A stretch of 64,000 nt of DNA. It comes from a virus. Where the stretch lies: the IMG/VR virus record IMGVR_UViG_3300025913_000030, positions 10,705 to 74,704 of that record. One strand, written 5' to 3'. Of the stretch, positions 1 to 10,000 are shown piece by piece. Position numbers and translations under genes: made by a program. The notes beneath the pieces were generated by a model. It did no database searches. It was not told the origin of the DNA and saw nothing but the letters and a program-made list of their open reading frames with translations. Position 1 is the first letter of the stretch; each line of letters begins with the position of its first letter.

Positions 1-84
1 CATGGCCTCGGTCGGGTTACGCAGGTGCTCGCGGACGGCTTCGACGGTCGGGAACCGGTTCACTGCTGCTCTCCCCTGGTCTTT

Positions 85-127
85 GTGACTATGTGTCAAT
101 CATTCCGACCACGTGACTATTTGTCAA
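85..127 (-). promoter_or_regulatory. Two tandem copies of the phage operator/-35 motif TTGAC-N5-GTCAC
   Basis: GTGACTATGTGTCAA (85-99) and GTGACTATTTGTCAA (113-127); the motif recurs about 14 times in the window. Confidence 0.75.
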
Positions 128-186
128 GACAGGGCACAGACATGAAAGTCGGCGCAATCCCGGGGAGGAGGGACTGCGCCGACCGG

Positions 187-259
187 TAGCGGGAACGGGA
201 CTTGAACCCGTGACACAGCGATTATGAGCCGCCTGCTCTGCCGTCTGAGCTACCCCGCC
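187..259 (-). tRNA. tRNA with CAT anticodon (elongator Met, possibly Ile2)
   Basis: Reverse complement GGCGGGGTAGCTCAGACGGCAGAGCAGGCGG-CTCATAA-TCGCTGTGTCACGGG-TTCAAGT-CCCGTTCCCGCTA folds as a cloverleaf; no encoded CCA. Confidence 0.9.
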
Positions 260-368
260 GGGTGCGGCTGGTGCCGTCTTCACGCGCCTCGCGGTAGCGC
301 ACTGAAGAGACCTGCGCCCAGACGAGGCGTCATCAGACACCAGCCGCGCAACCATCATCCGATGCGAC

Positions 369-383
369 GTGACTATTTGTCAA
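369..383 (-). promoter_or_regulatory. Operator/-35 motif upstream of tRNA and portal
   Basis: GTGACTATTTGTCAA. Confidence 0.7.
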
Positions 384-465
384 CCTTGGTACCGGTTATG
401 TCCGGTGATCGCCGCTCATGTCCGCTTTCGCTACCATGTCCACTGTCGTATGACAACAGGAGGAT

Positions 466-2112
466 ATGACCGTGGCCAGCCGAGCGGCGCGCGCTGCCAA
501 CCCGGACCTGATGGTCGGGCTGCAGCAGCTGGCCAACTCCCTGCCCGACTACCACCGCGCCGAAATGTATTACGAATGTACGATGCCTGAGTTCTTCGCG
601 AGCATCAGGCTTCGACGGGCCCTGGAGCGCACAGGTGTCTCCTTCCGCTTCAACCTCGCCAGCACCCCGGTCGACACCATGGCCGACCGTTTGGAGATCG
701 CCTCCCTCACCTGCGCCGACCAGCATGTCGACGACGTACTGCAGGAGATCTGGGCGCACAACCTGATGGACCTGACGGCCGGAAGCCTGCACCTGCGCAC
801 AGGCGAATTCGGCGACGCGTACGTCATCGTCTGGCCCTCGGCCGCGGACAGCGACGACGATCCGGAGCTGGCCAACGACACCAACGACGCCGAGATCCAA
901 CACAGCCGCAAGGAGCTGGCGACCCGCCGCCCGGACGGCGCCGCGGACGATGTCAACACCAAGGTAGACATCTTCTACAACTCGCCGAAGACGACCCGGA
1001 TCATCTACGACGCGGAGAACCCACGCGTCAAGCGGTTCGCGATCAAGAAGTGGACCGAGCCCGGACCGCTGGGCACCGCGTCCAAGCCGCGCAACCGGGT
1101 CAACCTGTACTACCGGGACCGGATCGAGAAGTACATCTCGGCGCCCAACTCCAAGGGAAACCAGCTCAAGGACTGGCTGCTGTACGAGGACGACGGCGAC
1201 GAGGGCTGGCCGATCGAGAACCCGTACGGCCAGATCCCCGTGTTCCACTTCAGGACCGACCTGCCCTACGGCACGCCCGAGCACCGCGCCGCCTACGGGC
1301 CGCAGGACGCCATCAACAAACTGATCATCACGCACACCGCGACGATCGACTACCACGGCTTCCCGCAGCGCTACGTCCTGTCCGAGGCCGGCAACCAGTC
1401 CGACGAGCTGGCCGACTTCGACGCCGACGACGACATCAACCGGTTCGAGGACACCGGCCACGACTCGACACTGCGCAGCGGCCCCGGCGAGGTGTGGTGG
1501 CTCAACGGGGTCAAGCAGGCCGGCCAGTTCACACCACCGAACCCTGAGATCTTCCTCGCCCCGCTCGACACCTACATCCGGATGATGGCCCAGGTCACCC
1601 GGACGCCGCTGCACTACTTCGACCCGCAGGTCTACTCCCGCCTGGCCCCGTCCGGAGAGTCGATCCGGGCCAGCGAGGTCCCGCTGCTGAAGAAGGTGCG
1701 CAAGCGCCAGATTAGCTACGGCTCGACCTGGCTGGAGGTCTTCGACTTCGCCCTGAAGGTCGCGGGCGTGGACAGCGACCCGGACATCGCGCTGCGCTGG
1801 ATCCCGGCCGCCACGATCGACGACGCCGCCGGCTGGTCGATGATCCAGGCCAAACAGCAGGCCGGCGTCCCTGTGCGCCAGACCCTGCTCGAGGCCGGCT
1901 ACGACCCGGACATGGTCGATTCCTGGCTGGTGAACGGTGAAGGCCTCGAGCAGCGCGTCGACCTGCTCGTCAAGATCGCCGCAGCGGCCCAGCAGCTGGG
2001 CACCGCGACCGGCTTCGGCGTCTTGGACGCGGCCGACGTCAACAAGGTGATCATGACCGTGCTGAACCTGAGCGACAGCTCCCACGAGGAACTCACAGTA
2101 GGGACCGCCTGA
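466..2112 (+). CDS. Phage portal protein (SPP1-like)
   Basis: 548 aa, RBS AGGAGG, motifs FGDAYVIVWP, NPYGQIPVFHF, QDAINK, FPQRY; first gene of the head module. Confidence 0.88.
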   Translation: MTVASRAARAANPDLMVGLQQLANSLPDYHRAEMYYECTMPEFFASIRLRRALERTGVSFRFNLASTPVDTMADRLEIASLTCADQHVDDVLQEIWAHNLMDLTAGSLHLRTGEFGDAYVIVWPSAADSDDDPELANDTNDAEIQHSRKELATRRPDGAADDVNTKVDIFYNSPKTTRIIYDAENPRVKRFAIKKWTEPGPLGTASKPRNRVNLYYRDRIEKYISAPNSKGNQLKDWLLYEDDGDEGWPIENPYGQIPVFHFRTDLPYGTPEHRAAYGPQDAINKLIITHTATIDYHGFPQRYVLSEAGNQSDELADFDADDDINRFEDTGHDSTLRSGPGEVWWLNGVKQAGQFTPPNPEIFLAPLDTYIRMMAQVTRTPLHYFDPQVYSRLAPSGESIRASEVPLLKKVRKRQISYGSTWLEVFDFALKVAGVDSDPDIALRWIPAATIDDAAGWSMIQAKQQAGVPVRQTLLEAGYDPDMVDSWLVNGEGLEQRVDLLVKIAAAAQQLGTATGFGVLDAADVNKVIMTVLNLSDSSHEELTVGTA

Positions 2113-2303
2113 TGGCCGCAGCGAAGAAGAGCCCTGCCAAGAAGGTCGCCAAGGGCGCGAAGGTGGTCGATCCGAAGGGCAAGCCCGGGACCGTCGTCGG
2201 CACCGCGGGAATGATCGCCAAGGTCCGGCACACCGATGGCAGCACCGACACTCACCCGATGGGCGCGCTGAAGAAGTCCGCCGCCAAGAAGAAGGGCAAG
2301 TGA
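2112..2303 (+). CDS. Small Lys-rich protein with KOW-like core
   Basis: 63 aa, translationally coupled, AAKK-rich termini. Confidence 0.7.
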   Translation: MAAAKKSPAKKVAKGAKVVDPKGKPGTVVGTAGMIAKVRHTDGSTDTHPMGALKKSAAKKKGK

Positions 2304-2500
2304 CCATGACCCGCAAGGCGCCTGCGCACGCATACGGCAACGTCAAGGGAGCGCGCTCCGTCCCGGCGATGAAGACCGACGCCCTCGGGCGCGCCAAGGC
2401 GAAGGCGCCCTCGGCCGCCGAGCCCGCCGGGCACGTCGTCGCACCGGCCGCGCCCGTGCGCCGGGTCACCGCCAAGACCATGGGCAAGCGCCTGAAGTGA
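2300..2500 (+). CDS. Small basic protein
   Basis: 66 aa, GTGA overlaps at both ends. Confidence 0.65.
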   Translation: MTMTRKAPAHAYGNVKGARSVPAMKTDALGRAKAKAPSAAEPAGHVVAPAAPVRRVTAKTMGKRLK

Positions 2501-3588
2501 CCTCCGACCCGACCGGGGGATCGGGCGCGCCTGAGTCCCCCGGTCCCGTCACCGGGGCCGTGTTCGCGGCAACCGCCGGCTATTCGGCCGCTCTGATCGA
2601 CCTGGAGGAGCAGGCGGCGCAAGTCGCCTCTGCTCCGCTGCGCGCCCGGATCGCCGAGATCCTGCGCCGCCTCACCGCGCTCTACACCTCTCTGGCCGGC
2701 TCCCCCGACGCACCGCTTCCGCCGCAGCACGCGGCGCAGCTGCTGACCGAGCTCGCTTCCGAACTGGGCTCGCTGCGCGGCATCGACCCCTCGCCGGTCG
2801 TCGCCGACTTCGCCTCCCGCGCCTATCACGCGGCCGTCGCCTTTTCCCAGGAGCAGCTCGGGCTGCTGGCCGTCGACCGCCTGCCCGGCGCGCTCGCCGA
2901 CGACGCTCTGAACCAGGCCCTGGACTCGCTGCCCGGCAGCGTGGCCGAACGCATCGACGACGCGTTGCACTTCGCGCAGCAGTCCCTGGCCACGGACCTG
3001 CGTTCCGCGGTCCTGCAGCCGGTCGCGAAGGCGAACCAGGCTGCGAACACAGCCGAAGCGGCGGCGCGCTGGGCGGTCAACCGGGCCGCCAACAGCGGCG
3101 CCGCCGACAGCGCGGCGCAGGCCGGGGCGTTCCTGCTCTGGGCCGGCGAGCCGACCGCGTGTGTCCACTGTGCCGCCCATATCGGCCACTACGTGCGCCC
3201 TGGCGACTCCTTCCCGCTCGGTCTCACCTTCGGTGACAGTGCCCTGACGCCGTGGCCGGACCCCGAGCGGCTCGACGGGCCGCCACTGCACCCGAACTGC
3301 CGGTGCAGACTGATCCCGTGGCTCGGCCCGGTGGCGCTGCACCCCGTCGACACTGCGATCTACAACCGCCCCGGCCTGCAGAACCAGGTCGACCTCGCGG
3401 CGGCGATGCGCCGGGAGGCCAAGCGCGCGATCCTGCGCGGCTGGTCGCTGCCCAGCGAGTCGGAAAAGGTGCGGCTGCGCGCGGCGGACCGGCTGCTGCG
3501 CAAGGGGGCGGGGCTGCCGAAGACGGTCGAGGCACGGGCGCGCAAAGCGGTGCACGCCAAGCACTTCCCTGACAGACACATAAGATAA
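2497..3588 (+). CDS. Minor head/MuF-like head morphogenesis protein
   Basis: ACVHC...PPLHPNCRC motif; follows portal. Confidence 0.8.
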   Translation: MTSDPTGGSGAPESPGPVTGAVFAATAGYSAALIDLEEQAAQVASAPLRARIAEILRRLTALYTSLAGSPDAPLPPQHAAQLLTELASELGSLRGIDPSPVVADFASRAYHAAVAFSQEQLGLLAVDRLPGALADDALNQALDSLPGSVAERIDDALHFAQQSLATDLRSAVLQPVAKANQAANTAEAAARWAVNRAANSGAADSAAQAGAFLLWAGEPTACVHCAAHIGHYVRPGDSFPLGLTFGDSALTPWPDPERLDGPPLHPNCRCRLIPWLGPVALHPVDTAIYNRPGLQNQVDLAAAMRREAKRAILRGWSLPSESEKVRLRAADRLLRKGAGLPKTVEARARKAVHAKHFPDRHIR

Positions 3589-3646
3589 GCACTTTTGTGT
3601 ACAGTTCTTGACAACGTCCCCGCTCTCCGTGATGGAGGAAACGAAC

Positions 3647-4372
3647 ATGCGCGACTGCCTCTTCGGCGACGCACCCCTGACCCTGCTCGGCGTGACCGGT
3701 TCCGGGTTCCCCGTCTACGCCCTGGCCGGCGCCGAGCCGGACGACGAGATCGAGGTCGAGCCCGACGACGAGGGCGCTGAGACCGAGGTCGAGGAGGAGG
3801 GCGACGGCGGCGAATCCGGCTCGGGTGACGACGAGAAGGAGAAGCTGCGCGCCCAGTTGAAGAAGGCCAACGGCGAGGCGGCCAGGTACCGCCGCGAGCT
3901 GCGCGAGCTGAAGAAGCAGGCCACGGAGGAGGCGACCGAGGAGGTCGAGACCGCCGCGGAGGAGAAGGGCAGCGAGCTCACCCCCGCCCAGCTCAAGCGC
4001 GCCGTCGACAAGGCCGTGAAGGCAGCCACCGAGGCGGCCGAGACCAAGTACCGCAAGGTGGCGGTCAACGCCGCGGCGCAGTCCGCCTTCGTCAAGGCCG
4101 GCGCGAAGGCCGCGTCCGTCGGCAAGCTGGTGCGCCTGCTGGACACCGAGGACGTGGAGATCGACGCCGAGACCGGCGAGGTCACGTCAGGACTCGACGA
4201 CCAGATCGAAGCCCTCAAGGACGAGTTCCCCGAGCTGTTCGGTCCGGTCGAGGCGGCCAAGCCGAAGCCAAAGCCGAAGCGCGCCGCCGCCGCTCCCCGC
4301 CCCGAGGCCGAGCCGCAGCCCTTGAGCTCGGCCGAGAAGATCGCCGCGCAGCTCGGCATCGGCGCTCGCTGA
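3647..4372 (+). CDS. Capsid scaffolding protein
   Basis: RBS GGAGG then ATG 3647; acidic N-terminus, coiled coil (ANGEAARYRRELRE), EFPELF motif. Confidence 0.82.
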   Translation: MRDCLFGDAPLTLLGVTGSGFPVYALAGAEPDDEIEVEPDDEGAETEVEEEGDGGESGSGDDEKEKLRAQLKKANGEAARYRRELRELKKQATEEATEEVETAAEEKGSELTPAQLKRAVDKAVKAATEAAETKYRKVAVNAAAQSAFVKAGAKAASVGKLVRLLDTEDVEIDAETGEVTSGLDDQIEALKDEFPELFGPVEAAKPKPKPKRAAAAPRPEAEPQPLSSAEKIAAQLGIGAR

Positions 4373-4373
4373 G

Positions 4374-4904
4374 ATGGACACCTCGGACAAGGTCGGGCAG
4401 TACGTCCTCGTCCGCACACGGGGCTTCTACCCGTCCGTCATCCGCTTCTTCTGCCTCAAGCGGCGCGGCTGGAAGGCCTTCTTCAGCCGCGCGTCGCGCT
4501 CCCGCTTCGACCACGTCGCCGTGGTCGTCGGGCCCGGCGGACAGATCGTCGAGGCCGAACCGGGCGGCGCGCGCCGATCCAACCTGTCCGAATATGACGG
4601 GTACGAGCTCCGCTTCTCCAGCGACCCGCTCACCGACGATCAGCGCGCGAAGATCGTGGAGAAGGCCGACTGGTACGTCGACAACCACATCCCATACGGC
4701 TGGACGGACATCGCCGGGCTCGCCGTCCGCTGCCTGGACTCGGACGACTACGTCCTGATCCGCCGGGCCGACCAACAGCGCGCCGCGATCTGCTCCCAGT
4801 TGGCCGCGGTGTGCGGCGAGTACGCGGGCGTGACGGCGTGGATGTGCGGGCAGCAGCTCGCGGCCGGGGTCACGCCCGCGATGATGGACGCGCGCCTCGG
4901 ATGA
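4374..4904 (+). CDS. Permuted papain-like NlpC/P60 (YaeF/YiiX-type) hydrolase
   Basis: His motif FDHVAVVVG..IVEA precedes Cys motif ICSQLAA, with PYGW in between. Confidence 0.7.
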   Translation: MDTSDKVGQYVLVRTRGFYPSVIRFFCLKRRGWKAFFSRASRSRFDHVAVVVGPGGQIVEAEPGGARRSNLSEYDGYELRFSSDPLTDDQRAKIVEKADWYVDNHIPYGWTDIAGLAVRCLDSDDYVLIRRADQQRAAICSQLAAVCGEYAGVTAWMCGQQLAAGVTPAMMDARLG

Positions 4905-5293
4905 CGCTGCGCATCTCAACCCAGCTGCGGGGCCGGATCGTGCGCGACTGCCTGACACGGCGCCCGATCGAGGCCTGCGGCGTGGTCTCGGCCAAGGGGC
5001 GGTTCATCCCGCTGGCCAACGCCTCCGACGACCCGTCGCTGTTCTCCTTCCACCCCGAAGAACAGCTGCGCGTCTGGCAGGAGCTCGACGCGGCCGGCGA
5101 CCGCGTGGACGTGGTCTACCACTCCCACCCCCGCACGCCGGCCGCCCCCTCCCGGACCGACATCGCATTCGCCGCGTACCCGGACGTGCACTACGTCATC
5201 GTCGGCCTGGCCGATCCGGACAACCCCGAGTTCCGGTCCTGGCACATCGAGGACGGCCAGGCGGACGAGGAAACCGTCTTATTCTGGTGTTGA
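4901..5293 (+). CDS. JAB/MPN (JAMM) metalloprotease, Mec/CysO-peptidase-like
   Basis: EACG ... YHSHPRTPAAPSRTD matches E-x(n)-H-S-H-x7-S-x2-D; ATGA overlap with upstream gene. Confidence 0.88.
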   Translation: MTLRISTQLRGRIVRDCLTRRPIEACGVVSAKGRFIPLANASDDPSLFSFHPEEQLRVWQELDAAGDRVDVVYHSHPRTPAAPSRTDIAFAAYPDVHYVIVGLADPDNPEFRSWHIEDGQADEETVLFWC

Positions 5294-5421
5294 CAAAAGA
5301 GCAGTGATACCTTAATACCGGCGCGGACAGGTATCCGCAGCCACGCTGGGTCCGAGATGGGCCGACCGCTTGGCCCGCGATGGGCCGAAACCCCATCCGA
5401 ACCCAGCGAAAAGGCCACTCA

Positions 5422-6453
5422 GTGTTCTGCGCCATTTCCGAGGCGCCGCTCAAGGCGCCGCGCACTGTCATCGGCTTCACCTCCCTCGGCCCCGTCTACG
5501 CCCTCGCGGGCGGCGCACGCGACGTGATGGACGCGTGGATCCCCGAGGAGTTCGACTCGCAGGTCATCATGCGGGTCAACCAGATCAGCGGCGTCGAGGC
5601 CCTCGGCTCGCCGGTCCCCATGAACTCCGACACCCGCTCCGTCCCGCGCTCCGCGGGCATCGGCGTCGACCTGGTCGCCAAGGGCGGCACCTACGCCGAG
5701 GACGTCTCCACCAACGACGCCGTCGTCCTGACCGCGCAGAAGTTCGGCAAGGCCGTCCGGATCGCGGAAGAGGACATCGACGACGCGATCGCCGACGTCA
5801 TCGCGACCAAGCAGAAGGACTGGGCGACCAGCTACGGCAAGGCGTTCGACAACGCCTGCCTCGCGATCACCGCCGCGCCCGGTGCCAACGTCCCGTTCGC
5901 CTCGGTGTACTACTCGCTGACCCAGAGCGACAGCGCGACCGGCTACACCGCGAACAGCAACCTGGTGCAGACCGGGACCGGCGGCACCACGTACACCACG
6001 CTGTCGACCGCTCTGTCCAAGGTCGAGCAGGGCAACTACTTCGACATCTCGGAGATGGTGTGCATCGCGCACCCCACCTACCGCAACCTGCTGCGCGGCA
6101 TCAAGGACAACAACGGCCGGCCGATCTTCCAGGAGAGCAACGCCGGATTCCCGGGCGGCGGCACCGCGTCCTCGCCGGACACGATCTTCGGCATCCAGAT
6201 CCACTGGTCGCTCGGCGCGCGCACCTCGGGCGTCGTCAACTCGGCGCCGACCGGCAACGGCCTGCTGATCTTCGCCAACCGCAACTACATGATCGTCGGC
6301 CGGCGCTCGGGCCCCGAGTCCGTGTTCATCGACGGTCGCAACGGTCTCGCGGCCCTGACCGACGAGTCGATCCTCAAGATGCGCGCCCGGCGCGCGTTCG
6401 CGGTCGGCCACGAGATGGCCTTCTCGGTGCACGAGGACACCACCGGCGTCTGA
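5422..6453 (+). CDS. Major capsid protein (HK97 fold) with N-terminal leader
   Basis: AWIPEEF..VI, IKDNNGRPIF, RRAFAV motifs; GTG 5422 after GAAAAGG (alternative start 5380). Confidence 0.9.
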   Translation: MFCAISEAPLKAPRTVIGFTSLGPVYALAGGARDVMDAWIPEEFDSQVIMRVNQISGVEALGSPVPMNSDTRSVPRSAGIGVDLVAKGGTYAEDVSTNDAVVLTAQKFGKAVRIAEEDIDDAIADVIATKQKDWATSYGKAFDNACLAITAAPGANVPFASVYYSLTQSDSATGYTANSNLVQTGTGGTTYTTLSTALSKVEQGNYFDISEMVCIAHPTYRNLLRGIKDNNGRPIFQESNAGFPGGGTASSPDTIFGIQIHWSLGARTSGVVNSAPTGNGLLIFANRNYMIVGRRSGPESVFIDGRNGLAALTDESILKMRARRAFAVGHEMAFSVHEDTTGV

Positions 6454-6467
6454 TCCGCCCCCTGATC

Positions 6468-6503
6468 GAGGCCGGCGCGTACTGGGACGGGCGCGCCGGC
6501 CTC
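6468..6503 (+). terminator. Hairpin after capsid gene
   Basis: GAGGCCGGCGCG ... CGCGCCGGCCTC inverted repeat. Confidence 0.55.
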
Positions 6504-6533
6504 ACAGCAGACCCCTGACTGAAAGAAGCACCC

Positions 6534-7007
6534 GTGAGCGAGCAGCACCCTGCCCTGGACGGCGACATCGAAGCCGAGATCGCCCGCCGGTCCCCGGACG
6601 GCGGCGAGGGCCACCACTGGCTGCGCGAGCTGGTGCACCGGATCCTGCCGGGCCACCACTTCGACCCGGACACGATGGACCACACCGCGAACCTCGCGGG
6701 CGCGGCCCAGGCCGCGATCCAGGCCGGTGTGCACCCGAAGGGGCTTCCGTTCTTCGCCGGTTGCCGCCCGCACGAGAGCGCCCCGGACAACGTCGTGCTC
6801 ACCTACGCCGTGCCGGTCGTGCCCTCGATCACGGACAACGAACCGGCGAGCACCGTCACCCCGACGATGATCACGCTCGCCGCCCAGGCGCCGCAGGCGC
6901 CTGACGAGACGGAACTGACAGCCGATCCCGTCCTGGTTCCCGCAGCCGAGCAGACCGCTGAGCCTGCATCCGCTGCGGAGCCGGAAGCACAGCCCGAAAC
7001 CACCTGA
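6534..7007 (+). CDS. Hypothetical protein
   Basis: 157 aa ORF, GC3-rich codons, acidic Pro/Ala tail. Confidence 0.65.
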   Translation: MSEQHPALDGDIEAEIARRSPDGGEGHHWLRELVHRILPGHHFDPDTMDHTANLAGAAQAAIQAGVHPKGLPFFAGCRPHESAPDNVVLTYAVPVVPSITDNEPASTVTPTMITLAAQAPQAPDETELTADPVLVPAAEQTAEPASAAEPEAQPETT

Positions 7008-7035
7008 GCAACCACATCCACGGGAAGGCGGGACG

Positions 7036-10000
7036 GTGACCGCGAACGGCGTCACCGGGGGCGACCCGACTAAGGTCAGCACGACCGGCGGCACCGTGAC
7101 CGGCACGCTTGACCTCGCCGCGGCGTCCAACCCGTTGCAGATCCCTCACGGCGCACAGGCCGGCTACGTCTGGACCGACACCGACGGCTCCGGCAACGGC
7201 GCCTGGCAGCCGTCACCCGGCGGCACGCCCGCCACCACCGTCCAGGCCGGAACCTCGTACGGGACGGCCAGCGCGGTCGGAACCCTCGGCTCCTTCGCCC
7301 GGGAAGACCACCAGCACGGAACACCGGGCCTCACCTCGGTCGCCCCCGCGACGACACTCGGCATCGGCACCGCGGCGGCAGCGGGGACCGCGACCTTGCC
7401 GGCTCGAGCTGACCACGTCCATCCGACAGCGGCGGCTGGCGTGCCCGGCTCATCGGCGGTCGGGGATGTGGCAGCAACCGGCAGCGCGAGCACCTTCGCG
7501 GCCAGCGACCACAAGCACGGGCGCGAGTCATTTGGTGCGGTCGCTGGTCAGACCGTTTACGGCGCCGCGTCCGCGAACGGTGTCGCAGCCACGCTCGCGC
7601 GCAGCGACCACACCCACGGCACGCCGTCCCTGACGACTACCGCGCCTGCGACGACGCTCGGCATCGGAACCGCTGCGGCGCTTGGTACGGCTACTCTTCC
7701 CGCGCTCGCCGATCACGTCCACCCGATGGCCGCAGCCGGGGCACCGGCCGCCTCCGCCGTCGGCGACGCGGGCGTGACCGGGGTCGCGGTCACCTTCGCG
7801 GCCAGCGACCACAAGCACGCACGGGAGGCCTTCGGCGCACCCGGCAATTCGGCGGTCGGAGACGCCTCGGCGGCAGGTGTCGCGGTCAGCATCGCCCGAT
7901 CCGACCACACCCACGGACGCGAGTCCTTCGGCCCCGCCCCTGCCACCACCCTGGGCATCGGCCAGGCCGCTGTCGCGGGCACTGCGGCGACCCCTGCGCG
8001 CTCCGACCACGCCCACCCCCTGGCGGCGGCCGGCGCTCCCGCCTCCTCCGCGGTGGGCGACACCGGAGTGACGGGAGTCGCGGTCACTTTCGCGGCCAGC
8101 GACCACAAGCACGCACGGGAGTCTTTCGGTACGCCGGGTGCGTCAGCCGTTGGCGACGCGGCAGGAGCCGGCGTAGCGACCTCTGTCGCCCGATCCGATC
8201 ACACCCACGGACGCGAGGCCTTCGGCAACGTCACCGCACTGGCCGCGTTCGGCACCGCGAGCAGCAACGGCACCGCGGCCACCGTCGCGCACAGCGACCA
8301 CGTTCACGGCGCGCCCTCGCTTCCCACCGGAAACACCTCCACCGCGGGCATCGTCCAGATCGACAACACGGCCGCCGACTACCAGCCCCTCGGCCCGGCC
8401 GCCCCCGGGTCCATCGGCAAGGTCGCTGACGCCGGCCACGTCCACCCGATGCAGCCGCACATCTTCCCGGTCAGCGCCTACGGCGCCAAGGGCGACGGAC
8501 AGCTGGACAACACCGGGTCGATGACCAGCGGCTCGGGCGCGCTCACCCTGACCAACGCGAAGTTCGCCGCGGGCGACGTCGGCAAGCTCATCGCGGTCAA
8601 GGGAGCCAAGAGCACCGGGGACACCAGCCTGGTCGGCACGATCACTGCGTTCACCAGCAGCACCCAGGTGACGGTGTCCGTCAACGCCACGGCCACGGTC
8701 ACCGGAGCCCAGGTGATGTGGGCCACCGACGACACGTCCGCGATCCAGTCCGCGATCGCCGCCGCGAACTCCTACGCCGTCACCCACAACCTCGCCGAGA
8801 TCTACTTCCCGCTGCCCGCAGGCCTGTTCTACGGCGTCGGCGGCGCGCTGAAGAACTCCGACGGGACCAACTCGGTCTTCAACAGCCAACTGACCGTCCC
8901 CGTCAACTCCGAGCAGAACAACGGCGTCACGCTCGTCTTCCGCGGCGCCGGAGACTCCGGCCAGACCAGGTACTGGAACTCCGACTACCCCGTGTGGTCC
9001 GGCAGCGCGATCCAGTCCTTCGGCGTCTTCACCACCGCGCTCAACCAGTCCAACAACATCGCCGCGGGCGGCAACCCGAGTGTCCTGGGAGGACCGACCG
9101 GGAAGTTCAACTACGGCGTCCTGCAGGGTGCCAACACGACGCCGACGTACTCGAACACCGCCCTCGTTCTGCAGGACATCACGATCCTGACGACGCACTC
9201 CGCTTCCGGCTGGACGTACTCGGCCGTGAACGCGTTCGGGGTGGCGCGGTTCCACGCGAGGAATTTCTGCTACGGCACCAACGGCGTGGTCCAGTTCTAC
9301 AAGAACTCCCCCGGACTCGGGGACTACTCCACCGTCTCCACCCTCTCCGGCGGCCTGTCCATCGGTGTGTTGATGCCGAGCAACGGCAACAACGCGTCGA
9401 ACTACCTGCAGAACGTCGTGTGCAATGGCGGGTACACCTACGCGTTGTACGCGACCGAGCACACGGTCGGCAACGACGTCACGCTCCTGTACTCCTGGAG
9501 CGGCCTGTGCCCGGTCGGCAACTACTCGGACTCCGCCTCGGGCGGCGCCGTCTCCGCGCTACATGCCATGTACTTCGACCAGATCTGCGTGGAGTCATGC
9601 ACATACCACCTCAACATCATCGGTACCGGGCAGTCCGCCACCGGACCGATCATTCATGCGGTGCTGGACACCGAGGGCACGGTGCAGTTCCGCGACGCGC
9701 AGTCGGCCGGCGCGAACACGGGCGCAGGCCTGGCCGCTGCTCTCGGTGAGATCAGGCTCGTCGGCTCGCCGTCGACCATCACGATCCAGACCGGTACGGG
9801 CGCGGGAGGCCTGGGCACGGGGCTGCGCATCATCAAGGAGCAGAACCTGCCCGGCGTGCCGAGCTCCGGTATTCCGGCGTTGGTCGACGGGACGGCGGTA
9901 TGCAACACGTTGTGGCGCCCGGCGACGGTCTACCTCTCCGGTGGCACCAACGTCACGACGGTGGCCGTCTCCCGTCTCGCGGGCGGCGTGAACACCGTTG

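Noticed and set aside
373-3648. 1091-aa minus-strand ORF and other long antisense ORFs (15127-17697, 8143-9462, 45744-47477)
   Set aside because: Shadow frames of GC3-rich genes on the opposite strand; no motifs and Arg/Gly-biased composition
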